From contig OZ242311.1 of NCBI GenBank assembly GCA_965207885.1, positions 608,001 through 672,000 of the forward strand: 64,000 bases of DNA, read 5' to 3'. Of this stretch, positions 38,492 to 48,558 are shown piece by piece (position 1 is the stretch's first letter; every line of letters begins with the position of its first letter). This stretch comes from Candidatus Latescibacterota bacterium (GTDB taxonomy: Bacteria; Latescibacterota; UBA2968). Below the pieces are notes generated by a model. The model was not told where the DNA came from, did no database searches, and saw only the letters and a program-made list of their open reading frames with translations. A program made the translations under genes and the position numbers.

Positions 38492-39544
38492 TTATATGAG
38501 CCGTTTCTGCCAGCTTGAGACAATTTCGGCAAAGGTGTCTTCGAGTGTTTTTGTGATGTCCCAGTTGGGGTAGTGCGATTTCATTTTGCGAAGGTCGCTG
38601 TAATAGCATATATGGTCGCCTTCGCGGTTCTGGTCGGTATAGGTGTATTGCATTTTTTTTCCGGAATACCGGGCGACGAGGTCAAATGCTTCGAGGATGG
38701 AGCAACTGTTGTTTTTTCCGCCGCCGAGGTTATAGACCTCGCCGCATTGGGGGGATTGGACAAAGGCCCACATGAAACGGGCAACGTCGAGGGCGTGGAT
38801 ATTGTCGCGTACCTGTTTGCCTTTGTAACCGAAGATGGTGTACGTGCGGCCCTCCATGTTGCATTTGACCAGGTAGCTCAAGAAGCCGTGTAGTTCAACG
38901 CCGCTGTGATTGGGTCCGGTGAGGCATCCGCCGCGCAGGCAACAGGTGGGCATGTCAAAATAACGCCCGTATTCCTGTACCATGATGTCGGCGGCGACTT
39001 TGGATGCGCCAAAGAGCGAGTGTTTGGATTGGTCAATGGTAAATGTTTCGGGGATGCCGTGTTTGTACGCGGGGTCGTCGTAATCCCATCGGGTGTCCAG
39101 TTCTTTTAAGGGGATGTGGTTGGGGGCATCGCCATAGACTTTGTTGGTGGACATGTGGATAAAGGGGGATTCGGGACAGGTTTGACGCGCGGCTTCGAGG
39201 AGGTTGAGCGTGCCGACGGCGTTGGTGTCAAAGTCGTCAAAGGGGATGCGTGCGGCGAGGTCGTGCGAGGGTTGGGCGGCTGCGTGTACGATGGCGCTGG
39301 GTTTTATATGGGATAGGAGTTCGCAAATGCCCGTGCGGTCACGGATGTCTATTTCGTGATGGTGGAAGTGTTTTAAGACGCTGTTCAGGCGCTTTTGATT
39401 CCAGCGCGTGTCTCCTTGGGGACCAAAAAAGACGGCGCGCTGGTTGTTGTCAATGCCGTGGATAATATATCCCTGTTCGGCAAAATAGACGCAGACTTCT
39501 GAGCCGATGAGGCCCGATGAACCAGTGACGAGAAGGGTTTTCAT
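38492..39544 (-). CDS. NAD-dependent epimerase (CDP-paratose 2-epimerase-like)
   Basis: [32 protein letters not shown]. Confidence 0.9.
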   Translation of the reverse strand: MKTLLVTGSSGLIGSEVCVYFAEQGYIIHGIDNNQRAVFFGPQGDTRWNQKRLNSVLKHFHHHEIDIRDRTGICELLSHIKPSAIVHAAAQPSHDLAARIPFDDFDTNAVGTLNLLEAARQTCPESPFIHMSTNKVYGDAPNHIPLKELDTRWDYDDPAYKHGIPETFTIDQSKHSLFGASKVAADIMVQEYGRYFDMPTCCLRGGCLTGPNHSGVELHGFLSYLVKCNMEGRTYTIFGYKGKQVRDNIHALDVARFMWAFVQSPQCGEVYNLGGGKNNSCSILEAFDLVARYSGKKMQYTYTDQNREGDHICYYSDLRKMKSHYPNWDITKTLEDTFAEIVSSWQKRLI

Positions 39545-39663
39545 GGATGCGCTTTTAGTCCGTGACTTGGTCGATGGATAGTAAGATTGAGAGGAAAAAC
39601 ATAGGGTTTTGAGGGAGAAAGGTCAAGCGATCAAATGGTGGGGGCGAACCTATGTGTTCGTCC

Positions 39664-41184
39664 CTATTTTTTTGTAATAGCGCGGATGACGGTTTTGATT
39701 TCGTCGATGAGTGTTTTGCGTTCGACGATGAGGAGGCCCGAACCATAACCCGTGGTGAAGATCGCGCTGCCTGCGAGGACGCCTATTGGGATTGGCAATG
39801 TGTTGAGCCATTCGGCACAGGCAATGTGCATGCCCGTGCCGATGGTTGCGGCGATGAGCGGGGGCGCGAATGTTTTGGCGATGGGGATATCGACATATGC
39901 GCGTACGAGGATGAGTGCGAGGATGAGGCCGACAATGGCGATGGCGTTCATGCTTATGGCGATGCCTACGGCTCCCATGTGATGGGCGAGATAGGGGGCG
40001 AGGATGAGGAGGATGAGGGCTTGCGCCGCAGAGAATTTTGCAATGCTTTTGGGGCTGCCTGCGCTGTAGAATAGGGCGTGTACATCGTCGAGGATAGGAC
40101 GGCAGAGGGAGTAGATGATGAGCCATTGGAGCAGGGGAGCGGCAGGTGCCCAGTCGGGTTTGAAGATGTGTATCCATCGGTTGGCTTCAAGCGCGAGGAC
40201 GAGGGAGATGGGGACTGTAGTGCGGAGGATGAGGCGCGAGGTTCGGCGGTATGCTGCGGAGAGTTGGTCGCGGTTGTTCTGGTAGCGCGCGTACACTGTG
40301 GCGGTGATGCGTACGATGACCATGGTGATGGCCCCGCTGGGTATTTGTGCAAAATTGTGTGCGGCGTCGTATATGCCGCGCAGGCTTAGTCCGAAGAACA
40401 GGCTGATGATGAGTTTGTCGTAGTGTTGAATGAATATTTTGGGTATGCCGCCGATCCAGAACCAGACGCCGTAGCGGATCATGCGCCGCGCGGCTTGCGC
40501 GTTGAAGGTGTGTAGCTGGTTCAGGGGAGGGGGATGGCGGAGCCAGACGACGGTGCAATAGAAGAGGATATAGGTGACGCTGTATGGGAAAAATCCGAGG
40601 ATGAGTGCCCATTTGCCATATCCGAGGTAGGCAACGGCGAGGCCGACGAGGGCTGCGAGGATGGTTCCTCCTGCATGTGCAAAGGCGAGGCGTCCAAATT
40701 CGAGGTTGCGCTGTAGCTGGGTTTCGGCGGTGAGTGCGGCTGTTCGGAGGAGGTCGAATGCGCCCAGTATGCCCAGGGCTATGGCGACTTTGGGGTAGTT
40801 TTGAGTGTCTGTAAAGCCGAGGTAGGTGTTGAAGAGTTCAAAGAGGTGTTCGGAATAGAGGGCGATGCAGAGGGCGAGGAGTGTGCTGATACTGCCCAGG
40901 CTAATGCTGAGTACAAAGTGCGTGGGTGCGAATTCATGGACGTTGTCGTGTTCGTGCAAGAGGGCGAAGTGTAAGCCGAGGTCTCGAATGGCGATGACAA
41001 GGGCGAGGATCGAATAGGCTGTGGTGATGGCGCCAAAGTCTTCGGGGACGAGAATCTGGTAGAGCAGGAGGAGGACCGCGAAGTTGATGAGGCGCGCGGG
41101 ATAGGTGCTGCCGAAGGTTTGTATCGCGCCGTGCGCTATGCGCTGGATGGCGGATGCTTCAGTTGGTGTTGTCGGTTTTTTCAT
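39664..41184 (-). CDS. wzx: Wzx-like oligosaccharide flippase
   Basis: LVPEDFG, DLGL, DKLII; polytopic MOP-family pattern. Confidence 0.8.
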   Translation of the reverse strand: MKKPTTPTEASAIQRIAHGAIQTFGSTYPARLINFAVLLLLYQILVPEDFGAITTAYSILALVIAIRDLGLHFALLHEHDNVHEFAPTHFVLSISLGSISTLLALCIALYSEHLFELFNTYLGFTDTQNYPKVAIALGILGAFDLLRTAALTAETQLQRNLEFGRLAFAHAGGTILAALVGLAVAYLGYGKWALILGFFPYSVTYILFYCTVVWLRHPPPLNQLHTFNAQAARRMIRYGVWFWIGGIPKIFIQHYDKLIISLFFGLSLRGIYDAAHNFAQIPSGAITMVIVRITATVYARYQNNRDQLSAAYRRTSRLILRTTVPISLVLALEANRWIHIFKPDWAPAAPLLQWLIIYSLCRPILDDVHALFYSAGSPKSIAKFSAAQALILLILAPYLAHHMGAVGIAISMNAIAIVGLILALILVRAYVDIPIAKTFAPPLIAATIGTGMHIACAEWLNTLPIPIGVLAGSAIFTTGYGSGLLIVERKTLIDEIKTVIRAITKK

Positions 41185-43534
41185 TGTATATGCACAGCGC
41201 GATTGCGATGAGGAGGATGGCGATACCGCCGAGTGTGATCCACCGCGTGGTGGCTACGATGGGGTCGCGGTAGGTGAGTTCGACGATGTGTTCGCCGGGT
41301 TCAAGTGCGACTGCGGTCCAGAGGTAGTTGGCGCGTATGAGGGGTTTGGGTTCGCCGTTGACGGTGGTAGTCCAGTTGGGATGGTGGTTTTGCGAGATGA
41401 CGAGGATGCGGGGTCCCGGGGCTGTTGTGCCGAGTTTGAGATGGCCCTGGTGTTCGTTGTATTCGAGGCGTTTGACGCTGCCTGTTTCACTGGTGTTGGT
41501 GTCGGGGGTGATGCCGGGGTTTTCTTCGATGAGTGCTGTCTGCATGGGATTGGTGTTGGGGTCGGTCAGTTTTTGGAGGATCTGATTTTCATCGGGGATG
41601 ATTTCGTATTGGGGCGCGAGATAAAACCAGGGTAATGCACCGGGGTTGCGGTAGATGTGCAGGCCCTGACGTCCGGCAATTTTTTGGAGATATGGATCAC
41701 CCAGTTCAGATGGGGCGACGATGTATCTGGTGTTGAGGAGGTTGCGGATCGCGGGGTTGGGGTTGTAGAGTGCGTCGGATTTGAGGATGTTGTCGTAGCG
41801 CCTGATGGCGAAGTCGTGAAACCCGGTTACGAGGTCTATGCCGGGCAAGGGCATCTGGTTGTGGTCGGGTAGGGCGAGTACGCGGAAGAGGCTGTTGTCG
41901 CGTTTGAGGAAGGCAACGGCGTCGGCGTTGACGCGCTCCTGTGGTGGAACGCGGTTGGGGTTGACGTAGTTGAGAAATAGTTTGTCAATGCGCCAGGTGT
42001 CGATGAGGAGGACGGTGAGGAGCACAAGGGCAAAGGTGTGGATTTGGAGTTTATTTTGTGCGCGGAGATACGAGATGACGGTGAGTATGCCGACGAAGAG
42101 CGCGGCGAGCAATGCGCCCTGTCCTGCGATGGGAAGGTTATTCTGGGCGATTTGGAGGCGGGGGGCAGGTATGTCCGTCCAGACGATGTTTTGCCAGATG
42201 GATAGAAGTGCGGAAGGGGCAAAGGCAAATAGGAGGAGGATGGCGGTGCATATTCCGCCTGCGATGCCGATTTTTTTTGCTGCTTCGGGGGTGATGTCGT
42301 CGGTTATGAGGCGGTGGAGACTGTACGCACCAAGGGCGCACAGTGCAAAAGCAAAGAGGAAGGCGATCATGCCGGGTGCGCGCAGTACGCTGACGCCCGG
42401 GACGATGTGAAAGAGGAGTTTGTGCAGGGGGGTGTGGGGTCCGAGTGCATAGGCGACGGCGAGTATGAAGAGGCCGAGGAGGAATGCGATGTGGGTTTTT
42501 TTGCGTATGCGCGAGAGGGCGAGGATGGCGAAGAAGAGGGGGACGATGCCGATGTATTCGGAGTTGATTTTGAAGGCGTTGCGCCCCCAGTATTTGTGGG
42601 TTGTTGTGTTTGTGTCAAAGGCGACAAATTCGGGGATGACGAGGGCGAATATTTCTTCGGGATGGAGCGACCAGGATGAGGCAAATTCATATCCGTCTTC
42701 TTGTGCGGTAGCGGCGCGTTTTGACGATGTTGTTGTGTTCCAGTATTGTGGGATGACGCCTTCTGCGCCTATGGCGAGGCCCAGGCAGATCGCGCCTGCC
42801 GATAGGAGGGTTTGATAGAGGGCGGTTTTTGTGTTTTTGGTACGGGACAGGCTTCGTATGAGTTTGTAGAGAAAGAGCAGGCCCAGTGCCCAGAGGGCGA
42901 AGTAGGCCATCTGGAGGTGCGGGCTGTAGATGGCGATGCCAACGGTGCCGCCGAGGATTAAAAAGTAGATGATGCGCCGCGTGTCCATGCCCCGGTTGAG
43001 TGCCCAGTACATGAGGGGGAAGAGGCCGATGACGGTCATTTTTGCATAGTGCCCGGCCTGCGAGAAGGAGAGGAATGCAGGGGCAGAGGCGTAGGCCGCA
43101 CCCGCGATGAGGGCTGCGAGGGGATGGAGGCCAAAGCTGCGTGTGCAGAGGTACATGAAGTAACCTGCTGTGAACATGGCGAAGATGTAACGCCAGCCAA
43201 AATAACGGTGTTGGCTGGTGAAGAGGTCGATGATGATGAGGGGATAGTATTGGGCGCGCAGCGCGGCGGATTCTGGCATGCCGCCCATGTATCGGCTCCA
43301 GTTTTTTGGTGGCAATTTGCTCAGGGCTTCTGTAAAGGGCTCGTTGCCGCTGTGAAATTCTGTACCGGTGTCGCTGCCGAGGATCACATCGCCCGTGATG
43401 AGAAGGTGATAGAAATAGCCAGCCGTGAGCAGGGCAAAAAAGACTATGGGTACCCAGGGGCGGGATAGGAAGCGGGTGAAGTCAAACGCCGATTTGGTCT
43501 GGGTGGATGGACTACGCCTGCGTCGTTTGCTCAT
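41159..43534 (-). CDS. YfhO-family GT-C membrane protein
   Basis: YFGW, HLQMAYF, EYIG, LRAP; C-term HPNW..VNG..RANY..PGEH. Confidence 0.85.
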   Translation of the reverse strand: MSKRRRRSPSTQTKSAFDFTRFLSRPWVPIVFFALLTAGYFYHLLITGDVILGSDTGTEFHSGNEPFTEALSKLPPKNWSRYMGGMPESAALRAQYYPLIIIDLFTSQHRYFGWRYIFAMFTAGYFMYLCTRSFGLHPLAALIAGAAYASAPAFLSFSQAGHYAKMTVIGLFPLMYWALNRGMDTRRIIYFLILGGTVGIAIYSPHLQMAYFALWALGLLFLYKLIRSLSRTKNTKTALYQTLLSAGAICLGLAIGAEGVIPQYWNTTTSSKRAATAQEDGYEFASSWSLHPEEIFALVIPEFVAFDTNTTTHKYWGRNAFKINSEYIGIVPLFFAILALSRIRKKTHIAFLLGLFILAVAYALGPHTPLHKLLFHIVPGVSVLRAPGMIAFLFAFALCALGAYSLHRLITDDITPEAAKKIGIAGGICTAILLLFAFAPSALLSIWQNIVWTDIPAPRLQIAQNNLPIAGQGALLAALFVGILTVISYLRAQNKLQIHTFALVLLTVLLIDTWRIDKLFLNYVNPNRVPPQERVNADAVAFLKRDNSLFRVLALPDHNQMPLPGIDLVTGFHDFAIRRYDNILKSDALYNPNPAIRNLLNTRYIVAPSELGDPYLQKIAGRQGLHIYRNPGALPWFYLAPQYEIIPDENQILQKLTDPNTNPMQTALIEENPGITPDTNTSETGSVKRLEYNEHQGHLKLGTTAPGPRILVISQNHHPNWTTTVNGEPKPLIRANYLWTAVALEPGEHIVELTYRDPIVATTRWITLGGIAILLIAIALCIYNEKTDNTN

Positions 43535-44652
43535 TGTTGGGGTTCCTGTGGTGAGTTATTGGCAACTTTCAGATAGACATCTTCTTGCGCCTGTGCTGTG
43601 CGGTCCCAGGTGAATTGGGCGGCCCATTTGCGGCCCGCTGTTCCCAGGCGTTTGCGCAGGAAGGCGTCGCTGAGCAGGCGGTTCATGGCACTGGCGAGTG
43701 CCTGGGGATTTTCCGCTGGGACGAGGAGGCCGGTTTCATCGGCGCGGATGGCATCTGCCAGTCCGGGGATGTCGGTGCCTATGACGGCTTTGGCTGCGGC
43801 TGCGGCTTCAATGGCGACAATGCCCCAGCCTTCGTAGCGCGAGGGGGTGCAGACGAAGAGGGCATGGCCCATGAGGATGTTTTTTTGTTCGGGTGTGACA
43901 GCGCCGGTAAATTCGACGCGGTTTGCGATGTTGAGCTGATTGGCGATAGATCGTATTTCGCGCTTGCTTTGGGGGGTTCCGCGACCTGAGAGGATGAGGC
44001 GGATGTCGGGTGCGTTGAGTTTGGCAAAGGCGGATAAGAGGATGTCGATGCCTTTGTTGTGGATGTCCGTGCGCCCAAAATAGAGGATGTAGTTCTCTTC
44101 TGCCCAGGGTGCTTCAAAACAGATTTGATCAATGCCGTTATAGACGAGATAGAATTGTGCGTGGGGTGCGCGTTTTTCAAGCTGGCGCGTGACTGTGGGC
44201 GAGACGGTCTGGATGTGCGGATGAAGGCGCAGGGCGCGCTGTTCGGCTTTGCGGGCAATGTGGCCGAGCAGGGGATATTTTGCGATGGCGTGATCGCCCA
44301 TGAAATGGGAAAATTCGAGGAGGCTGTCGCGCCTTTTTTTTGCGGAGACGTAGAGGGGGGCAAAGGCTGAGAATTGATGGACCCACAGGTCGGTATTGGC
44401 GCGGGTGATTTCGCGGGAGGCGTGGTAGGCAAAACTCATTCGGCTGAGGAGGTACGAACGGTCCGATCCCACGCGGCGGATGTGTACGCCTTCTACGGTT
44501 TCTTCTCTGAGGGCGTCGGGATATGCGCCTGTCAGGATGGTGATCTGATGTTTGTGCGATAGACGACGGGCTATTTCCCATGTGCGCAGGGCACCGCCCC
44601 CACCACACCAGGGGTTGTCGATGTCGTCGTATAGGGTGTGTAAGATGTTCAT
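43531..44652 (-). CDS. GT4 glycosyltransferase
   Basis: KGIDIL, YEGWGIVAIEA, ETGLLVP. Confidence 0.92.
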   Translation of the reverse strand: MNILHTLYDDIDNPWCGGGGALRTWEIARRLSHKHQITILTGAYPDALREETVEGVHIRRVGSDRSYLLSRMSFAYHASREITRANTDLWVHQFSAFAPLYVSAKKRRDSLLEFSHFMGDHAIAKYPLLGHIARKAEQRALRLHPHIQTVSPTVTRQLEKRAPHAQFYLVYNGIDQICFEAPWAEENYILYFGRTDIHNKGIDILLSAFAKLNAPDIRLILSGRGTPQSKREIRSIANQLNIANRVEFTGAVTPEQKNILMGHALFVCTPSRYEGWGIVAIEAAAAAKAVIGTDIPGLADAIRADETGLLVPAENPQALASAMNRLLSDAFLRKRLGTAGRKWAAQFTWDRTAQAQEDVYLKVANNSPQEPQQ

Positions 44653-44663
44653 TTATAGATGGT

Positions 44664-45221
44664 TCATTCCCAGAGCATCTGGTCTATGACGTCGAATAAG
44701 TCGCGGCCGATGTAGCTTATGCGGTTGCGCGTTTGCTGGTCGATTTCTGCAAGGGCGTTTTCACCAGAGCCGGTGCGCACGAGGGCTGCGCGACATCCGG
44801 CATTCCACCCGGCTTCGAGGTCGGTTGCGTTGTCGCCTATCATGATAGAACCCGCGAGGTCGATGTTGTGTTCACTGGCGGCGCGCAAGATCATGCCCGG
44901 CGCGGGTTTGCGGCAGGTGCAGTTGTCTCTCCCATCGGGGTGATGGGGGCAGTGGTAGATGGCATGGATGGAGGCGTTGTGCGCGGACAATTGGTGTTTG
45001 AGTTCGCGGTGGATCTCAGAGAGTCCAGGTTCTGTGAGTAGGCCGCGCGCAATGGCGGATTGGTTGGTGATGACGATGACGGGATAACCGGCCTGGTTGA
45101 GACGCGCAATAGCTTCTCCCGCGCGCGGTATAAGCTGGAGTTGTTCCACGCGGTTGAGGTCGTGGACCTCGATGTTGATTGTGCCGTCGCGGTCGATGAA
45201 TGCTGCGGGTTGTGCGTTCAC
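44664..45221 (-). CDS. HAD IIIA phosphatase (GmhB / histidinol-phosphatase-like)
   Basis: DRDGTIN, ITNQS, CPHH, CRKP, IGD. Confidence 0.9.
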   Translation of the reverse strand: MNAQPAAFIDRDGTINIEVHDLNRVEQLQLIPRAGEAIARLNQAGYPVIVITNQSAIARGLLTEPGLSEIHRELKHQLSAHNASIHAIYHCPHHPDGRDNCTCRKPAPGMILRAASEHNIDLAGSIMIGDNATDLEAGWNAGCRAALVRTGSGENALAEIDQQTRNRISYIGRDLFDVIDQMLWE

Positions 45222-45808
45222 AGGCTTCCTTTGGTCGAGGGTATGCCGCTGATCCTATTGTCGAGGGTGACGGCTTGTCGCAGGGATCGGGCGACGGCTT
45301 TGAAGATGGCTTCCATGCCGTGGTGCGCGTTGTTGCCGCGGATGAGGTCGATGTGCAGGTTCAGGCGGGCGTTGTGCGCGAGTGCGGTGAAAAATTCGAG
45401 GCCGAGTGCCGTGGGAAATGCGCCGATGCGTTCTTCGGCGAATGCGGCGTTATAGATCAGGTGCGCGCGTCCAGAGAGATCGACCACGGCGCGGGCAAGG
45501 GCTTCGTCCATGGGGACGTACGCAGAGCCGAATCGCGCGATGCCGGCTTTGTCGCCCAGTGCGTTAGATAGTGCTTGACCGAGGCAGATGCCGACGTCTT
45601 CGACGGTGTGGTGGGCATCGACTTCGAGGTCGCCTTTGCAGGTGACGGTGAGGTCGAATAAGCCGTGGCGGGCAAGGGCTGTGAGCATGTGGTCAAAAAA
45701 ACCGATGCCCGTGTCGATGTGCGATTCTCCCGTGCCCGTGAGGTTGAGGGTGAGGTCTATGTCGGTTTCAGAGGTTTTGCGCTGGATGTGTGCCGTGCGA
45801 GAGGACAT
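45218..45808 (-). CDS. hisB: Imidazoleglycerol-phosphate dehydratase
   Basis: DHML, DAHHTVED, PMDE, NAHH..E, PSTKG. Confidence 0.97.
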   Translation of the reverse strand: MSSRTAHIQRKTSETDIDLTLNLTGTGESHIDTGIGFFDHMLTALARHGLFDLTVTCKGDLEVDAHHTVEDVGICLGQALSNALGDKAGIARFGSAYVPMDEALARAVVDLSGRAHLIYNAAFAEERIGAFPTALGLEFFTALAHNARLNLHIDLIRGNNAHHGMEAIFKAVARSLRQAVTLDNRISGIPSTKGSL

Positions 45809-45882
45809 TGGGATGTGCCTTTTTGTGTAGGGGACGGTTCCCGTGCTCCCGTATAGAAGCACTACGGGACAGGCTTCCGTGT

Positions 45883-45924
45883 GTCATCGCGGCATGTTTT
45901 TGAGCCGCGATCCAGAAGGTTTTT
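45883..45924 (+). repeat. REP-like repeat, identical to 47403-47444
   Basis: 42-bp exact direct repeat. Confidence 0.9.
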
Positions 45925-45929
45925 GTTTT

Positions 45930-47336
45930 TTAATTTCCATCAGCAGGTTCGGGGAGTATGCGTTTTATTAAGTGATGTTTGTATCCAAAGCCGGGACCTT
46001 CGACTGTGGAGATGTCGATGTGGCCGTTTTGCCGGCGATAGACGCCGGGGTGTACGGCGGCTTCGGGGATTGAGGCTTCGGGGTAAAATTGCATGGCGTT
46101 GGTTTCAAAGCCCATGACGGTGCCAGCATAGGCGGTGAGCAAGGCGTGGGGGATTTGCGCGAGCATGGGATTTGTGAGGTCCTGTACCATGAGTGTCATG
46201 CCGTGTGCGCGTGCCCAGCAGAGGGAGAGCAGGGCGCCGGTCTGGGTTTTGCAGGTTTTGAGTGCGACGCCGGTCCAGCCGAGTTGCCGCCCCAGGCGTA
46301 TGACGCGCCAGTCGTGCGCGCTTTCGTCCATGAAGAGGGGTTTGCGTGCGGAGATGCTGTGGACGTGGAGGGGATTTTCAGAGAGTTCATAGGCAAAGGG
46401 CTGTTCGACATAGAGGATCATTTGATAGATGCGCGGGTGGTCGGTGAGGAGGCGGTCCAGGATGTCGTTGACGTAATCGACTTGTTGGACGGTGCAGTTG
46501 AAGTCTGTACACAACCACATGGCGTTGTTTTCGATGCCGATTTGTCCGATGCGGACGATGCGGTCGTAATCCCATCCGGGTTCTTGTCCGGTGAGTTTGA
46601 TTTTGAGGCAGGTGATGCCGTCGCGTTGTATCCAGTTGGGGAGGACTACGGGATAGCCGTCGTCGGGTTCATCGCCTGTGCGTTCAGAGTCGTCGAGGAG
46701 GTCGTTGCCGCCTACGGCGTGCCATGCGGGCAGGCGGTTTGGTCGCGGGCGGATGAGATAGTTTTCGGGATAGCGACCGGCGAAGTTGTCGTCGATGTCG
46801 TCGGCGGTGTCGAGGTAGTGCGAGAGGTCGGCGTTCATGAATTCTGCGTTGTACGTGTCGTAGATGTCGATGTTGTGGCACATGCCATAAGCGTCGTGCA
46901 GGGCGAGGTCATAAGCCGAGGCGCAGACGAGCGCGGATAGGCGGGGCATGTCTCCCGTGGTGTTTTGTTGTTCGATGTTGAAGGCCGACAGGAGGTTGGG
47001 GAGGATGTTTTCCTGGACTATGTGGCCGATTTCGATGGGGTGACCGGCGGTGTCGATGCCTGCATAGGCGCGTCCGATTTTGAGGCAGAAGTTTTTCATG
47101 GCCGTTTCCCGGATGGCATAAGTGAGGTGCGGCGATGGCCATGCCCAGGGCGCGCTTAAAGGTGTTTCTCCCCAGCCAGAAGCGGTGTTGCCGCGCTGGT
47201 CTTCGACGTCGATGCGGACTCTGACGCAGGTGACGCTGTCGAGTTGTTCGGTGCCAAAGCGGTAGGGTATGCGCGTTTGTACGGGGAGGAAGTAGGTGGC
47301 GACGGATTTGATTTTTATGTCTGTTGGTTTGGGCAT
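45930..47336 (-). CDS. Enolase-superfamily (mandelate racemase/MLE-like) protein
   Basis: GWGE, LKIK, DFN, EQP, DES, PGFG. Confidence 0.85.
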   Translation of the reverse strand: MPKPTDIKIKSVATYFLPVQTRIPYRFGTEQLDSVTCVRVRIDVEDQRGNTASGWGETPLSAPWAWPSPHLTYAIRETAMKNFCLKIGRAYAGIDTAGHPIEIGHIVQENILPNLLSAFNIEQQNTTGDMPRLSALVCASAYDLALHDAYGMCHNIDIYDTYNAEFMNADLSHYLDTADDIDDNFAGRYPENYLIRPRPNRLPAWHAVGGNDLLDDSERTGDEPDDGYPVVLPNWIQRDGITCLKIKLTGQEPGWDYDRIVRIGQIGIENNAMWLCTDFNCTVQQVDYVNDILDRLLTDHPRIYQMILYVEQPFAYELSENPLHVHSISARKPLFMDESAHDWRVIRLGRQLGWTGVALKTCKTQTGALLSLCWARAHGMTLMVQDLTNPMLAQIPHALLTAYAGTVMGFETNAMQFYPEASIPEAAVHPGVYRRQNGHIDISTVEGPGFGYKHHLIKRILPEPADGN

Positions 47337-47402
47337 GGGTTTGTCTTTCGTGAAAACAAGCTATCAGCAGTCAGCAGTCAGCAAAACAAGGGTATTAGAG
47401 CC

Positions 47403-47444
47403 GTCATCGCGGCATGTTTTTGAGCCGCGATCCAGAAGGTTTTT
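47403..47444 (+). repeat. REP-like repeat
   Basis: 42-bp exact direct repeat of 45883-45924. Confidence 0.9.
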
Positions 47445-48506
47445 TTATTTTAATGTCCATTCAAGTGCCTCCAAAAAGCGGTCGTTTTCTCGTTCGGTGC
47501 CGATGGATACGCGCAGCGCCCTGTCGAGCATAGGATAGGATGTGACGTTGCGGATGAGTACGCCTTGTTCGATTAGTCCGGTGAAGACGAGGTCCGGGTC
47601 GGCGACTTCAAAGAGGATGAGGTTGGCGTGTGATGGATAGGGTGTGACGCCTTCTATTTTGGCGAGGGCCTGGAAGACGCGCTCGCGTTCTGAGCAGATG
47701 AATGCGATGCGTTTTTGTATGAGGTCTTTGTGGTTGAGGATGGCCATGGCCGCTGTGTGCGAGAAGATGTTGATGTCAAAGGGGATTTTGCCTTTGATGA
47801 TTTCGTCGCGCAAGTCGGGGTGGGCGATGAGATATCCAATGCGGATGCCCGCGGCGCCAAATGCTTTGGAGAGGGTTTTGAGTACGATGAGGTTGGGGTG
47901 TTTGGGCAAGAGGTCGATGGCGGTCTGATCGTAGAATTCGCCGTAGGCTTCATCGACCATGACGAGGGCGCTGGTGCTGGATAAGAGTTTGTCGAGGTCT
48001 GTGTTTGAGATGGCGCATCCCGTGGGGTTGTTGGGGGAGCAGAGGATGATGAGGCGCACGTTTTTTTCGCTGGCAGCGCGACATAGAGCCGGGATGTCGA
48101 AGCCGTAGTTTTCTGTGAGGGGAATGTCGAGGACGCGTCCGCTGAATATGTCGGTGTAGAGGCCGTAGAGGGAGAATGAGGGCGAGGGGATGACGACCTG
48201 GACACCGGGTGCGGATACGACGCCGAGGACGAGTTGTACGAGGGTGTTCGATCCGTTGCAGACGATGAGTCCACCGGGTTGGACGCCTGCGTGGTCGGCG
48301 AGTGCTTCGACGAGGTCCATTTGCATGGGTTCGGGATAGCGCGACCAGGATTTGTCCCGGACGGCGCGCAAGATGTCGTCTTTCAAGCTGTCGGGTACGT
48401 CAAACGGGCTTTCGTTTTGATTGAGCTTGATGGGACAATCGTAGGCGGTGAGATGGTACCCGTGCAGGGCGCGGACTTCGGGTTTTATGTTTTGGAGGTA
48501 GGTCAT
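47445..48506 (-). CDS. hisC: Histidinol-phosphate aminotransferase
   Basis: LNQNESP, PNNPTG, DEAY, TLSKAFG..RIG. Confidence 0.95.
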   Translation of the reverse strand: MTYLQNIKPEVRALHGYHLTAYDCPIKLNQNESPFDVPDSLKDDILRAVRDKSWSRYPEPMQMDLVEALADHAGVQPGGLIVCNGSNTLVQLVLGVVSAPGVQVVIPSPSFSLYGLYTDIFSGRVLDIPLTENYGFDIPALCRAASEKNVRLIILCSPNNPTGCAISNTDLDKLLSSTSALVMVDEAYGEFYDQTAIDLLPKHPNLIVLKTLSKAFGAAGIRIGYLIAHPDLRDEIIKGKIPFDINIFSHTAAMAILNHKDLIQKRIAFICSERERVFQALAKIEGVTPYPSHANLILFEVADPDLVFTGLIEQGVLIRNVTSYPMLDRALRVSIGTERENDRFLEALEWTLK

Positions 48507-48558
48507 TGTGAAGTGTGAAGGTTGAAGTGTGAAGGGGGAAGGGTGGCCTTCTCACTTC